A stretch of 64,000 nt of DNA from an uncultured Planctomycetaceae bacterium (GTDB taxonomy: Bacteria > Planctomycetota > Phycisphaerae > Sedimentisphaerales > UBA12454), in assembly GCA_964492875.1 (NCBI GenBank), contig CAZBLD010000004.1, positions 57,165 through 121,164 on the forward strand. Reading direction: 5' to 3'. Under the pieces are notes generated by a model that saw only the letters and a program-made list of their open reading frames with translations, had not been told where the DNA came from and searched no databases. Below, piece after piece: positions 1 through 8,554 of this stretch. The position numbers were made by a program, and so were the translations under genes. Position 1 is the stretch's first letter. Each line of letters begins with the position of its first letter.

Positions 1-513
1 GTGTCCAATTGAAGCACCGAATTCTACTGTATCAGGCTCCCAATTACCAATAGGAAAATAACAACCCACCATGTCTGGATGAATCCATTCTCCAAATTCT
101 TTTTTGTCTGATTTTGAATGTTGAATAGTTTTCGTATATGCCTTGAGATAATAATGTGCATAATACGCTAAAAATGGATGAATATCCTTTTCTAAATATT
201 CAGGCTGTTTTGAAAGTATTACATTTTCATCTTGTACTTGTTCAATAAATTTTAAATTACCATTACTGGCAAGCTTTTTTAGATAAAAGAGTTTTGGTCT
301 TGTTCCTACTTTGATAAAAGGACTGTCATTTCGATCCCTTACATTGCAATAAAGTTGCGACCCCAATGTTGCCCATGGCGTTTTACCTTGACTGTTGAGA
401 AGGTTATCATAACCTTTACTTTTAGCAATCTCCCAAATATCCGTTGAAGATAATGGTTTTTGTTCCTCTTCAAGAATTCGTTTTGCCAGTTCAATGAATG
501 TCAGTTTTTCCAT
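1..513 (-). CDS. HARE-HTH / COG2958 (HrgA-like) protein, N-terminal part only; the 3' end runs off the window
   Basis: Absent from the ORF track because it is open at the window edge. ATG is the complement of 511-513 and the frame stays open to base 1 (171 codons). My translation: MEKLTFIELAKRILEEEQKPLSSTDIWEIAKSKGYDNLLNSQGKTPWATLGSQLY...KEFGEWIHPDMVGCYFPIGNWEP. The N-terminal winged helix resembles the HARE-HTH found on restriction-enzyme-like proteins. Confidence 0.6.
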   Translation of the reverse strand, partial: MEKLTFIELAKRILEEEQKPLSSTDIWEIAKSKGYDNLLNSQGKTPWATLGSQLYCNVRDRNDSPFIKVGTRPKLFYLKKLASNGNLKFIEQVQDENVILSKQPEYLEKDIHPFLAYYAHYYLKAYTKTIQHSKSDKKEFGEWIHPDMVGCYFPIGNWEPDTVEFGASIGH

Positions 514-640
514 TTTTTTAATCCTTAAACATAGATTAAATAGGGGACGTTTGCCTATTTTTAATTTTCCGCTGTTGTCCGTCCTCGCTGCTTTCCAAAA
601 TTCTATCTCTTTTTCTTCCCAAACTCAACGACAAAATTTA

Positions 641-681
641 CTTGCCCTGTGAGATGACGCTTCGTCTATCTCATCAGGGTC
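641..681. repeat. 41-nt hairpin repeat, copy A (CTTGCCCTGTGAGATG...CTATCTCATCAGGGTC)
   Basis: Near-identical to 903-943. The arms CCCTG-GAGAT / ATCTC-CAGGG can pair around an internal loop. A T-rich run follows on the + strand. Confidence 0.6.
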
Positions 682-902
682 CGCCTTTTATCCTCCGGGG
701 TTTAGCCGCCGTCGGTCCAGCCTTCGCAGCCGAAGCGTCTGCTTCGGCGGAGTAGGCCACGACGACGTTTTTATCTTCAATTTTAAATTTTCAATCTTAA
801 ATTCTTGCTCCTCTCCCACACGTTGATTGATAATTATCAACTACCCATTTTCAGCCCCAAAACGGTTATTTTGAGTATTTGTATTTTGGTAATTTGAATT
901 TG

Positions 903-943
903 CTTGCCCTGTGAGATGCCTCTTAGGCTATCTCATCGGGGTC
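903..943. repeat. 41-nt hairpin repeat, copy B
   Basis: CTTGCCCTGTGAGATGCCTCTTAGGCTATCTCATCGGGGTC. Same arms as copy A with an A-to-G change that keeps pairing as a wobble. Followed by TTTTTATTTTTAATTTTT. Confidence 0.6.
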
Positions 944-980
944 ATTTTTATTTTTAATTTTTGATATTTGATATACTTGA

Positions 981-3848
981 TTATATCAAGCCATAAGCCT
1001 CCGCCAAGACCTTAATCGGATGCTCGACTTTTTTGTGTGTCAGTTGTTCAATCTGCATTTTACAGGTTGAACATTCTGTAAGGACAATATCGGCGCCTGA
1101 TTTTTCTATTTCGTCTGCAAGTTTTTTGCCGATTTGCATCGAAAGGTCATAATTTTTCTCCTGCATACCAAATGTTCCCGCTATTCCGCAGCATCCGCCG
1201 TTAAGCTCTTTTACATCAATTTCTGCAAGCTGCTTTAAAACCTCTATTGACGCGTTCTTTTTGCCGAGGGCAAGAAGATGACAGGGTGTATGATGAACAA
1301 GTCTTTCTGTAATCTCTGCCGCCGTTTTCTTCAGTTTACCTGCGTTTGCAAGACTGCTTAGATAATCAAAAAGCTCATACGTATTTTCCGAAACTATTTT
1401 TGCATCGGGACTATCGACAAAAAACCGTAAATCTTCTTTGAGACACAAGGCGGCACTCGGTTCAGAACAGATAATTTTATAACCCTGCTTCGCAACCTCG
1501 GAAAGATATTCGACATTATACTGAAAATCTCTTTTGCTTGTCCTTATATCGCCGTAAACAATGGCGGGGAGCGGCGCAGGTCTTTGCTGCGGAACAATTA
1601 CGTCAATATTATTATGCCTTAGAAACTTTATAACGGCAAAACCAAGCTGGTGGTCATTGAAATTTACAAACGTATCTGTAAAATATGCAGCCTTATCAAC
1701 CGAATTTTCTATTTTTGGCAGACTGTTTAGATATTTTTGTGCCTTGCTGATGAAGCCTGAAAATTCAAATTTCGGTATCGTTCTTCTTGTGTCTATACCT
1801 GTCAATTTTTGCATAATCCACCTGACAGGTGCAAGGCTCATCAAAATATTGCTCACCGGAGCGAAAACAGAAGCAACCATACTCATATAGCGATTGGAAG
1901 CTAAAACCTTTGCAGCGCCGTTCAGTCCGCGCCTTTTTGCAAGCCTTGCGCGGACCTCCATCATCATCTTTGAAACATCCACTCCCGAAGGACAATCAAT
2001 GACACAGGCTTTGCAGTTCAGACAGGTTGCAAGAAGCTCTCTGAATTGCTCCGATTCAAAATCTTTCTCTGTCAGAATCCCTTTTGCCCAGGCGCTAAGC
2101 AGGTTTGCCCTTGCCCGGCAAGAATACATCTCATCACCGGTTGCCCGGAACACCGGGCACATACGCAGGGCAGATTCGGTGCTCCGGCATACGCCGCAGC
2201 CGCTGCACAATAGAAGCTCGAATTTAAACTCGTCTGGCGCAAAATTTAGCTCCGTCTTTGCCCTTTGGTCGATAATTTTATTTTCAGCTCGCAAATTCTG
2301 CGTCATTATATCCGGCCTGTCATTTATTATTTTGCCCGGATTGAGAATGTTCGATGGGTCGAAGATTTTTTTTATCTGTTTTAGAATCCCATAATATTCA
2401 TTGCCAAATTGTTTTTTAATAAATGCCGCTCGCACTAAGCCGTCAGCGTGTTCGCCGCTTATCGAGCCGCCCAGCGACCAGGCAAGCGAAAAAACCTCAT
2501 CAGCTATTTGTGTCATCTTTTTAACATCATCAGGATTTGACAAGTCCAGATATGGCCTTATATGCAGTTCGCCGTCGCCGGCATGACCGTAATAGGTCAT
2601 ATTAACATCGAATTTGACGCCGATTTTTTGCAGACCTTTGACATACTCGGCAAGCTTTGTGTTTTCGACAGAGATATCTTCAATGAAGGGTATCGGCTGT
2701 TTTAAGCCCTTGGCTCTGCTCAAAAGAGGTGCTGCATCCTTTCGGCATTTCCATAACTTTTTCTGCAAGACAGGGTCAAAGACAGTTACTTTGTCGAAAG
2801 CAAGAGAGCCGATTGCCGATATGGTTTTTTCAATTTTCCGCTTAACCTCCTCCATCGAACTGCCCGTATGCTCAACAAGAAGACTTGCAGCAGAAGCAGG
2901 ATTGAGAATATCGCGGTACTGCCCAAAGGCGCCTCTGGCAATTTTAATCAGTTCTCTGCCCATTAGCTCACAGGCGTCTGCACCACAATCGACAATCAAT
3001 GGCACTGCATTTGCCATTTTCTCAAGCGAATCAAATTCAAGCTGCACCACAGCGCTGACCTGCGGCACATCAACCGTCCGCAGCGTAATTTCCGTAAAGA
3101 CCGCCAGTGTGCCTTCCGAACCTGAGAGCAGTTTTGCCATATCAATTTTGTTGCCCTGAACAACGTCTGCAATATTATAGCCGCTGTGGCTGCGCTTCGT
3201 CCTCGGCTGAACTTTTTCAATCACCGCAGCATTTGAACTCAACAGCCTAAAGCAATCCTGTGAAATCTGTGATGGTGTGGGGTCAAAGTTATTTGCAAAT
3301 TCAACAACCGTACCGTCTGCAAGAACTGCCTTTACTTTTTCAACGTATTGGGCGATATAGCCATACCTGAGCGAATGGGCGCCGGTTGCGTTATTGGCAA
3401 CTATTCCGCCGATTACCGCACGATTGCCGCTCGATGGGTCCGGGCCGACTTTTTTGCCGAATTTCGCCAAATAATTATTCAGCTCATCAAGCACAACGCC
3501 CGGCTGACAGACTACGGCGCCGCCGTCAGCGCTTGCACCAATAATTTTGTTCATATAGCGGGTCATATCAAGCAAAATGCCGCTGCCTAAAGACTCCCCT
3601 GCGAGACCGCTGCCTGCCCCGCGAGCCACAACAGGTATATTGTTCTGATGAGCGTATTTTACAACAGCAACAACATCGTCCGTGCTTTTCGGCGCTATGA
3701 TACAAAGCGGGATTATCTGATAGATGCTCGCATCGGTGCTGAACGCTACGCGGGTAAAAATATCAGACAAACAATCGCCCGAAATCAATCGCGAAATTTC
3801 TTTGGCAATCTGCTGTGGCGCTGAAAGACTTTCGATGGGTTTGTTCAT
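981..3848 (-). CDS. FAD-binding oxidase fused to an Fe-S / cysteine-rich (CCG) domain; YdiJ/GlcD-GlcF-like 2-hydroxyacid dehydrogenase
   Basis: 955-aa ORF. The N-terminal half has the FAD-linked oxidase pattern (VVARGAGSGLAGES, later HAGDGELH). The middle has 4Fe-4S ferredoxin-type motifs (CSGCGVCRS...CP and CLNCKACVIDCP). The C-terminal part has Cys-rich CCG-like repeats (CCGIAG, ECSTC). Confidence 0.8.
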   Translation of the reverse strand: MNKPIESLSAPQQIAKEISRLISGDCLSDIFTRVAFSTDASIYQIIPLCIIAPKSTDDVVAVVKYAHQNNIPVVARGAGSGLAGESLGSGILLDMTRYMNKIIGASADGGAVVCQPGVVLDELNNYLAKFGKKVGPDPSSGNRAVIGGIVANNATGAHSLRYGYIAQYVEKVKAVLADGTVVEFANNFDPTPSQISQDCFRLLSSNAAVIEKVQPRTKRSHSGYNIADVVQGNKIDMAKLLSGSEGTLAVFTEITLRTVDVPQVSAVVQLEFDSLEKMANAVPLIVDCGADACELMGRELIKIARGAFGQYRDILNPASAASLLVEHTGSSMEEVKRKIEKTISAIGSLAFDKVTVFDPVLQKKLWKCRKDAAPLLSRAKGLKQPIPFIEDISVENTKLAEYVKGLQKIGVKFDVNMTYYGHAGDGELHIRPYLDLSNPDDVKKMTQIADEVFSLAWSLGGSISGEHADGLVRAAFIKKQFGNEYYGILKQIKKIFDPSNILNPGKIINDRPDIMTQNLRAENKIIDQRAKTELNFAPDEFKFELLLCSGCGVCRSTESALRMCPVFRATGDEMYSCRARANLLSAWAKGILTEKDFESEQFRELLATCLNCKACVIDCPSGVDVSKMMMEVRARLAKRRGLNGAAKVLASNRYMSMVASVFAPVSNILMSLAPVRWIMQKLTGIDTRRTIPKFEFSGFISKAQKYLNSLPKIENSVDKAAYFTDTFVNFNDHQLGFAVIKFLRHNNIDVIVPQQRPAPLPAIVYGDIRTSKRDFQYNVEYLSEVAKQGYKIICSEPSAALCLKEDLRFFVDSPDAKIVSENTYELFDYLSSLANAGKLKKTAAEITERLVHHTPCHLLALGKKNASIEVLKQLAEIDVKELNGGCCGIAGTFGMQEKNYDLSMQIGKKLADEIEKSGADIVLTECSTCKMQIEQLTHKKVEHPIKVLAEAYGLI

Positions 3849-3900
3849 TTAACTTCCATTATAGTTAATCTTCATTATTTTGTCTATACCTGTGGCAGAG

Positions 3901-4509
3901 CTATCGCTCCGCCCTGCTCCTTAAATCCTCTTCCAGCAAAAAACTCCTGAATGGCTCGTTTCTGAAACACGGGAAATTCAGCGGAGCATAATCTTCTTCT
4001 CCTGCCTGCAGCACAAATTTATCACGCGCAAAGGCTGCGATGACTCTATTGTGGGGACTATCCGGCAGTTGAAATGATAGCTGTTTTCCGCTTCTGGGTT
4101 GAAATTTTGCTATGCAATAGTTCCTTCCTTTTCTGCATCTGATGCTAACGCCGACAAATCCTGACCCGTTTTTACATTTTCTATTCAGGCAGTTTTGCCT
4201 CTTCGTTACAATCCGCAGGTTTTTTCTTCGGTTATCGAGCGGGTCCCTGTTTCTATGGTCGATTATCCGGCCTTCTTTGGCGTCCATTACAAATCGTGAT
4301 AGATGGATATTTCTGCTTGGTTTTGTTCCGCGCACGACTATCGGATAGCCTGCACTGGAAAGGTGAACCGAAGTAATATCGCCATTGTATTTTCTGCAGG
4401 GCAGTTCGTGTCGGCCGCTTCTGATTTTATAAAAAACGTCAGGGTCAACCTTTACTAATCGCCCTCTTATTTTAAACATCAGGTAATTGATTTTGCATTT
4501 AGTCGCCAT
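3901..4509 (-). CDS. HNH endonuclease with C-terminal AP2 DNA-binding domain (homing-endonuclease-like)
   Basis: HNH signature IIDHRNRDPLDNRRKNLRIVTKRQN, followed by an AP2-like segment SGFVGVSI...YCIAKFQ...RVIAAFARDKFVLQAGEEDYAPLNFP. Lies in an AT-richer patch, divergent from the DUF5131 gene. Confidence 0.75.
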   Translation of the reverse strand: MATKCKINYLMFKIRGRLVKVDPDVFYKIRSGRHELPCRKYNGDITSVHLSSAGYPIVVRGTKPSRNIHLSRFVMDAKEGRIIDHRNRDPLDNRRKNLRIVTKRQNCLNRKCKNGSGFVGVSIRCRKGRNYCIAKFQPRSGKQLSFQLPDSPHNRVIAAFARDKFVLQAGEEDYAPLNFPCFRNEPFRSFLLEEDLRSRAER

Positions 4510-4863
4510 ATAAAACTCCGGGAAATTTAAGGGTAAATGGGTTAGTGAGTAAACGGGAAGATGGTCTGTGGCAGAATTGGGATATAAAAAGGCGGGGTTC
4601 TCTTAGTTCGCAGTTGACTGTTTGCAGTTCACAGTAAAATTCGAGAAAATATCAACTGTAAGCTGTTTACTGTAAAGTTGTTATGCAAACATAAGCCAAA
4701 AAATTTGCTAATTATCAAATAACACTGGTATTTTACCATATTTTTAACAAAAGTCAAGGAAAAAACCCCTTTTTTATTAAAAAACGTGTTTTATATTGGT
4801 TATTTTTCCCAACTTTTTCATCCTCAATGAGATGCATTCCCAATATAATGCATAGGTGGTACA

Positions 4864-5628
4864 ATGGCACAGAATTCTAAAATAGAATGGACAGAATCAA
4901 CTTGGAACCCTTGTACCGGCTGCTCAAAAATTAGTAGCGGGTGCAGGAACTGCTATGCGGAACGTATGGCACTGCGATTGCAGGCCGCAGGCAGTCCGAA
5001 TTACATAAATGGCTTCAGGCTTACAACACACGAACACGCCCTTGAGCTTCCATTGCGTTGGAGACTTCCCCGAACAATATTCGTAAACTCTATGAGTGAT
5101 CTTTTTCATAAAGATGTATCTCTTGAGTTTATTGTCAAAGTTTTTGGTGTAATGCATCAGGCTTCTCACCATCGTTTTCAAGTCCTCACCAAACGTTCAT
5201 CTCGACTCGCACAGATTAGTTCCAATTTGCGCTGGTCGGACAACATCTGGATGGGCGTTACGGTGGAGAATGCTGACTATCTATATAGAATTGAAGATCT
5301 TAGACAGACGAACGCTGCCGTAAAATTTATTTCCTTCGAGCCGTTATTAGGACCAATTCCTGATATCGACTTTTCAGGAATAGATTGGGTTATTGTCGGC
5401 GGTGAATCCGGCCCCGGCGCAAGACCGATGAATCGTCAATGGGTTATCGATATCCGAGACCGGTGTATTGCTGCTAATGTACCCTTCTTCTTCAAACAAT
5501 GGGGCGGTGTAAATAAGAAGAAGAATGGTAGAATTCTCGATGGTCGAAGTTGGGATAATATCCCTAATAAGAGGGGATGTGATGAGTTAGTCTATTCGAG
5601 GAGAATAGCTTTTGGACAGTACACATAA
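4864..5628 (+). CDS. Phage Gp37/Gp68 family (DUF5131) three-Cys-motif protein
   Basis: N-terminus [30 protein letters not shown] is the hallmark IEWT..TWNP..GC...GC.NCYA start of this family. The C-terminal FFFKQWGG is also typical. Confidence 0.8.
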   Translation: MAQNSKIEWTESTWNPCTGCSKISSGCRNCYAERMALRLQAAGSPNYINGFRLTTHEHALELPLRWRLPRTIFVNSMSDLFHKDVSLEFIVKVFGVMHQASHHRFQVLTKRSSRLAQISSNLRWSDNIWMGVTVENADYLYRIEDLRQTNAAVKFISFEPLLGPIPDIDFSGIDWVIVGGESGPGARPMNRQWVIDIRDRCIAANVPFFFKQWGGVNKKKNGRILDGRSWDNIPNKRGCDELVYSRRIAFGQYT

Positions 5629-6730
5629 CTTTTTCCGCAAAAAGCATGCTTGGTCAAAGTACAAAGATTTAATACTTGATTATTATCTTGAGCCATATTT
5701 GAGAAAGGTTGCTACACTAAAGAAACCAATAGTCATAGTTGATTGCTTTGCGGGACCAGGCAAATTTGGTGATGGTGAACTAGGGAGCCCTCTTATAATA
5801 TCCAAGAAAATAGCTGACTTTCACTCAAGAGGAATTCCAGTTAAAGCTCTTTTTGTAGAGGCGGATCCTGCTTTATATGGCGAGTTACAGAATAATTTAA
5901 AATCTGCCACAATTGTACCGGCACAGATTCGTTTTGGTAATTTTCAGGATTACATGAAGGAGATTTTTGATTTAGCAAAAACACACACTACCTTTATTTA
6001 CATCGATCCATTTAAGCCGACGCAATTTCTGTTTGAAGACATGGCATCAATTTACGATCAGTTATATCGGGGGCAAAGTGTAGAAATCCTCATTAATTTT
6101 ATGAGTACCAATTTTTTACGAATCATTTGGGCAGCGGAAAATAATATAGTATCACAAGGCATAATAAAAATTCAGCATCCGCAAGTTTTAAGCTTAAACA
6201 AAATTGCCGGAGGAACTTACTGGCAAAAAATTGCTTTTGACAGAAACCTTTCAAAGAAGGAACAGGTAGATAGAGTAGCTGATGAATATGCTAAACAACT
6301 TAACAAATGGTTTGAATGGACATTGACCTATCCAATTCGTGAAAAATATCATCACAAATTTCCTAAATATCATTTGGTCTTTGGCTCTCGACATCCCGAT
6401 GCGATTGATTTGATGAATCGGGCAATGGTAAAAGCGAGGAGAGAGTTTGTTGGAGCGTGGTTTGTGAAGGGTCATTTATTTGAAAACCAGCCTGCCAAGG
6501 AGATTGTTAATCTTGATGACGTAGAAAACTTGCTAATGAAAGTGTCACGAAAGTTTGGTAGAACTTCTTGGCAACTATTACGGGTTCAGGCAACAGTAAC
6601 CGATCCTGGTAAGTACACTGATTCTGAGTTTAACAAAGCTATCAAAACTGCCATACAAAGAGGTCGATTAAAAAGTAATTGTAATGGTGCCAAGACTGAA
6701 CAGAACGCTCATATATGGTTTCTGTCATAA
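5612..6730 (+). CDS. tcmP: Three-Cys-motif partner protein TcmP-like (Rossmann/methyltransferase-like fold predicted)
   Basis: TTG start 9 nt after an AGGAG, overlapping the upstream gene by 17 nt. N-terminus [19 protein letters not shown]...[23 protein letters not shown] matches my memory of the TcmP family, which is defined by adjacency to Gp37/Gp68 proteins. Confidence 0.65.
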   Translation: MDSTHNFFRKKHAWSKYKDLILDYYLEPYLRKVATLKKPIVIVDCFAGPGKFGDGELGSPLIISKKIADFHSRGIPVKALFVEADPALYGELQNNLKSATIVPAQIRFGNFQDYMKEIFDLAKTHTTFIYIDPFKPTQFLFEDMASIYDQLYRGQSVEILINFMSTNFLRIIWAAENNIVSQGIIKIQHPQVLSLNKIAGGTYWQKIAFDRNLSKKEQVDRVADEYAKQLNKWFEWTLTYPIREKYHHKFPKYHLVFGSRHPDAIDLMNRAMVKARREFVGAWFVKGHLFENQPAKEIVNLDDVENLLMKVSRKFGRTSWQLLRVQATVTDPGKYTDSEFNKAIKTAIQRGRLKSNCNGAKTEQNAHIWFLS

Positions 6731-6802
6731 TAGTTTTTAATAATCCGTCCTTGCCGTTCTTCCCCTGTCCGCCGCAGGCGGGGTAACCGTTCAACGTTGC
6801 TT

Positions 6803-7624
6803 TTACTTGCTATCGGTAGTTTTTATATCCTCAAAGGAAATCTGCAGCGATTTTAAGTCTTTATCGCTTACCTGTCCCCTGATAAATCCCTGAACAATCG
6901 GCAATGTGCTGTTTCGAATAGTATCAGCGTTGCCGTCAACGAGGATTTTGCCGTTGTGCAGCATAATTATCCGGTCGCCGATTTTGTATGCGCTGCTCAT
7001 ATCGTGCGTTACCACTATGCTCGTAACGCCAAGCTCTTTTTGAGTTTTCAAAACTAATTCATTAATTATATCCGCCCTGATGGGGTCAAGTCCGGTTGTC
7101 GGCTCATCGTAAAGAATAACTTCAGGGTTCAACGCAACCGCCCTTGCCAGAGCGACCCTTTTTTTCTGCCCGCCGGAAAGCCTGGCAGGAAAATAGTCCT
7201 GGAAGCCGTCCATACCCATCATCGCAAGTTTCGTTTTAACAATTTCATCGAGTTTTTGGTGGTCCTTGATATGACGATGCTGTTCGATTGGGAAGGTGAT
7301 ATTTTCGTAAACGGTCATACTGTCAAAGAGTGCTCCGCTCTGGAACAAAAAACCCATCTGGGTGCGAATATCGCCAAGTTTGCTTTCAGGCAGGTCATCG
7401 ATTCTCTGGCCGTGAAAATAAACTTCCCCGGCGCCGGGCCGCAGAAGGACTATTATGTGCTTTATCAAAACCGTCTTGCCGCAGCCGCTGGGCCCGATTA
7501 TGACCGTTGTTTTGCCCTTCTCAAAGGCGAGCGATACATCATTAAGCACAACAAGTTTGCCAAACCTTTTGGTAAGGCCTTTGAGCACAATTATTCCATC
7601 TGCTGGTTCGATTTCTTTTTGCAT
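6803..7624 (-). CDS. mlaF: ABC transporter ATP-binding protein, MlaF-like
   Basis: Walker A GPSGCGKT, signature LSGGQKKRVALARA, Walker B ILYDEPTTGLD. I prefer the internal ATG at 7624 (MQKEIEP...). The longest ORF extends to 7657 but would read through the intergenic repeat. Confidence 0.8.
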   Translation of the reverse strand: MQKEIEPADGIIVLKGLTKRFGKLVVLNDVSLAFEKGKTTVIIGPSGCGKTVLIKHIIVLLRPGAGEVYFHGQRIDDLPESKLGDIRTQMGFLFQSGALFDSMTVYENITFPIEQHRHIKDHQKLDEIVKTKLAMMGMDGFQDYFPARLSGGQKKRVALARAVALNPEVILYDEPTTGLDPIRADIINELVLKTQKELGVTSIVVTHDMSSAYKIGDRIIMLHNGKILVDGNADTIRNSTLPIVQGFIRGQVSDKDLKSLQISFEDIKTTDSK

Positions 7625-7640
7625 TTTTAATAACTCTTTT

Positions 7641-7713
7641 AGCCACCAAGTCACCAAGACACAAAGGTTTTTATTATTTATTTTTTTCTTAGTGCCTTCG
7701 CGCCTTTGTGGCT
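7641..7713. repeat. AGCCAC...GTGGCT intercistronic element, copy 1
   Basis: AGCCACCAAGTCACCAAGACACAAAGG - AT-rich core - AGTGCCTTCGCGCCTTTGTGGCT. It fills the mlaE-stop to mlaF-start gap almost exactly. Confidence 0.7.
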
Positions 7714-7715
7714 AT

Positions 7716-8552
7716 CTATAATAGAATTTTCAACGGCCAGATTGATGAGTAAATAGCCTTGAATATCACAACCAGAATAAAATCGATTGCCAAAATCAAA
7801 ATAAAACTGCCGACAAAAGCCTCTGTACAGGCCTGGCCTACACCGTGAGCGCCTTCCTTGCAGTGAAAGCCTTTGTAGCAGCTGACTCCTGCGATTGCCG
7901 CACCGTAGAAGAAGCCTTTTACTATTCCTATGACTATATCCCACAGTTCAACTCCCGCCGCGCTCAGGCTCCAGTAGACTTTGCTGTTTATTCCAAGGTA
8001 AGGCACGCTGATGAGATAGCCGCCAATTACGCCCAAAAGATCGGCGTAAATAATCAGAAAAGGCGTAAGAAACAGACAGGCCATTAACCGCGGAGCGACC
8101 AGATACCGGATAGGGTCTGTGCCCATACTCCGGACTGCCAGTATCTGCTCGGTTACGTTCATAGTTCCAAGTTCAGCGGTAAGCGCACCGCCGACTCTGC
8201 CGGCAAGCATTATTGCAGCAAGCACAGGCCCCAGCTCCTTTACAACCGACAGATTTATCAGCACGCCGAGATGTTCTTCAACTCCCAAACCCGCAAGCTG
8301 GTCATAAGCCTGAATCGCCAGCACCATTCCAACAAAAGCACCCGTGATCATCACGACCGGCACGCTCCGCACGCCGATGGCAAGCATCTGATTCCATATC
8401 AACGGATAAGTTATAGGCCTCAAACACGCCACGAAGGAGGCGACTAACGAATCAGCCTCAAATCTCGCAAATCTGCCGCTATTACCCACAGCAGTTATAA
8501 ACCAGCCGCCCAATTGCTCCATCATCGAACTTTTTATCTGCTGCTCTGCCAT
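7716..8552 (-). CDS. mlaE: ABC transporter permease, MlaE-like
   Basis: 278-aa polytopic membrane protein directly upstream of the MlaF-like ATPase. The overall pattern is typical of the MlaE/Ttg2B family. Confidence 0.75.
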   Translation of the reverse strand: MAEQQIKSSMMEQLGGWFITAVGNSGRFARFEADSLVASFVACLRPITYPLIWNQMLAIGVRSVPVVMITGAFVGMVLAIQAYDQLAGLGVEEHLGVLINLSVVKELGPVLAAIMLAGRVGGALTAELGTMNVTEQILAVRSMGTDPIRYLVAPRLMACLFLTPFLIIYADLLGVIGGYLISVPYLGINSKVYWSLSAAGVELWDIVIGIVKGFFYGAAIAGVSCYKGFHCKEGAHGVGQACTEAFVGSFILILAIDFILVVIFKAIYSSIWPLKILL

Positions 8553-8554
8553 AT

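Noticed and set aside
3000-3015. Perfect sigma-54 -24/-12 match, TGGCAC-TGCAT-TTGCC, on the + strand.
   Set aside because: It lies antisense inside the YdiJ-like gene, with no + strand gene for ~1.8 kb downstream. It is most likely a chance match. I mention it only because a sigma-54 activator is encoded in the window.
4600-4680. CAGTTCACAG / TTTACAGT word repeats, also at 25125-25160.
   Set aside because: The similarity is short (about 12 nt) and low-complexity. I could not define consistent boundaries or pairing, so I did not call it a repeat family.
7624-7657. Longer N-terminus of MlaF (MVTWWLKELLK...).
   Set aside because: The extra 11 codons are the translation of the left arm of the AGCCAC intercistronic repeat. 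The homologous ATPase core begins after the internal Met.
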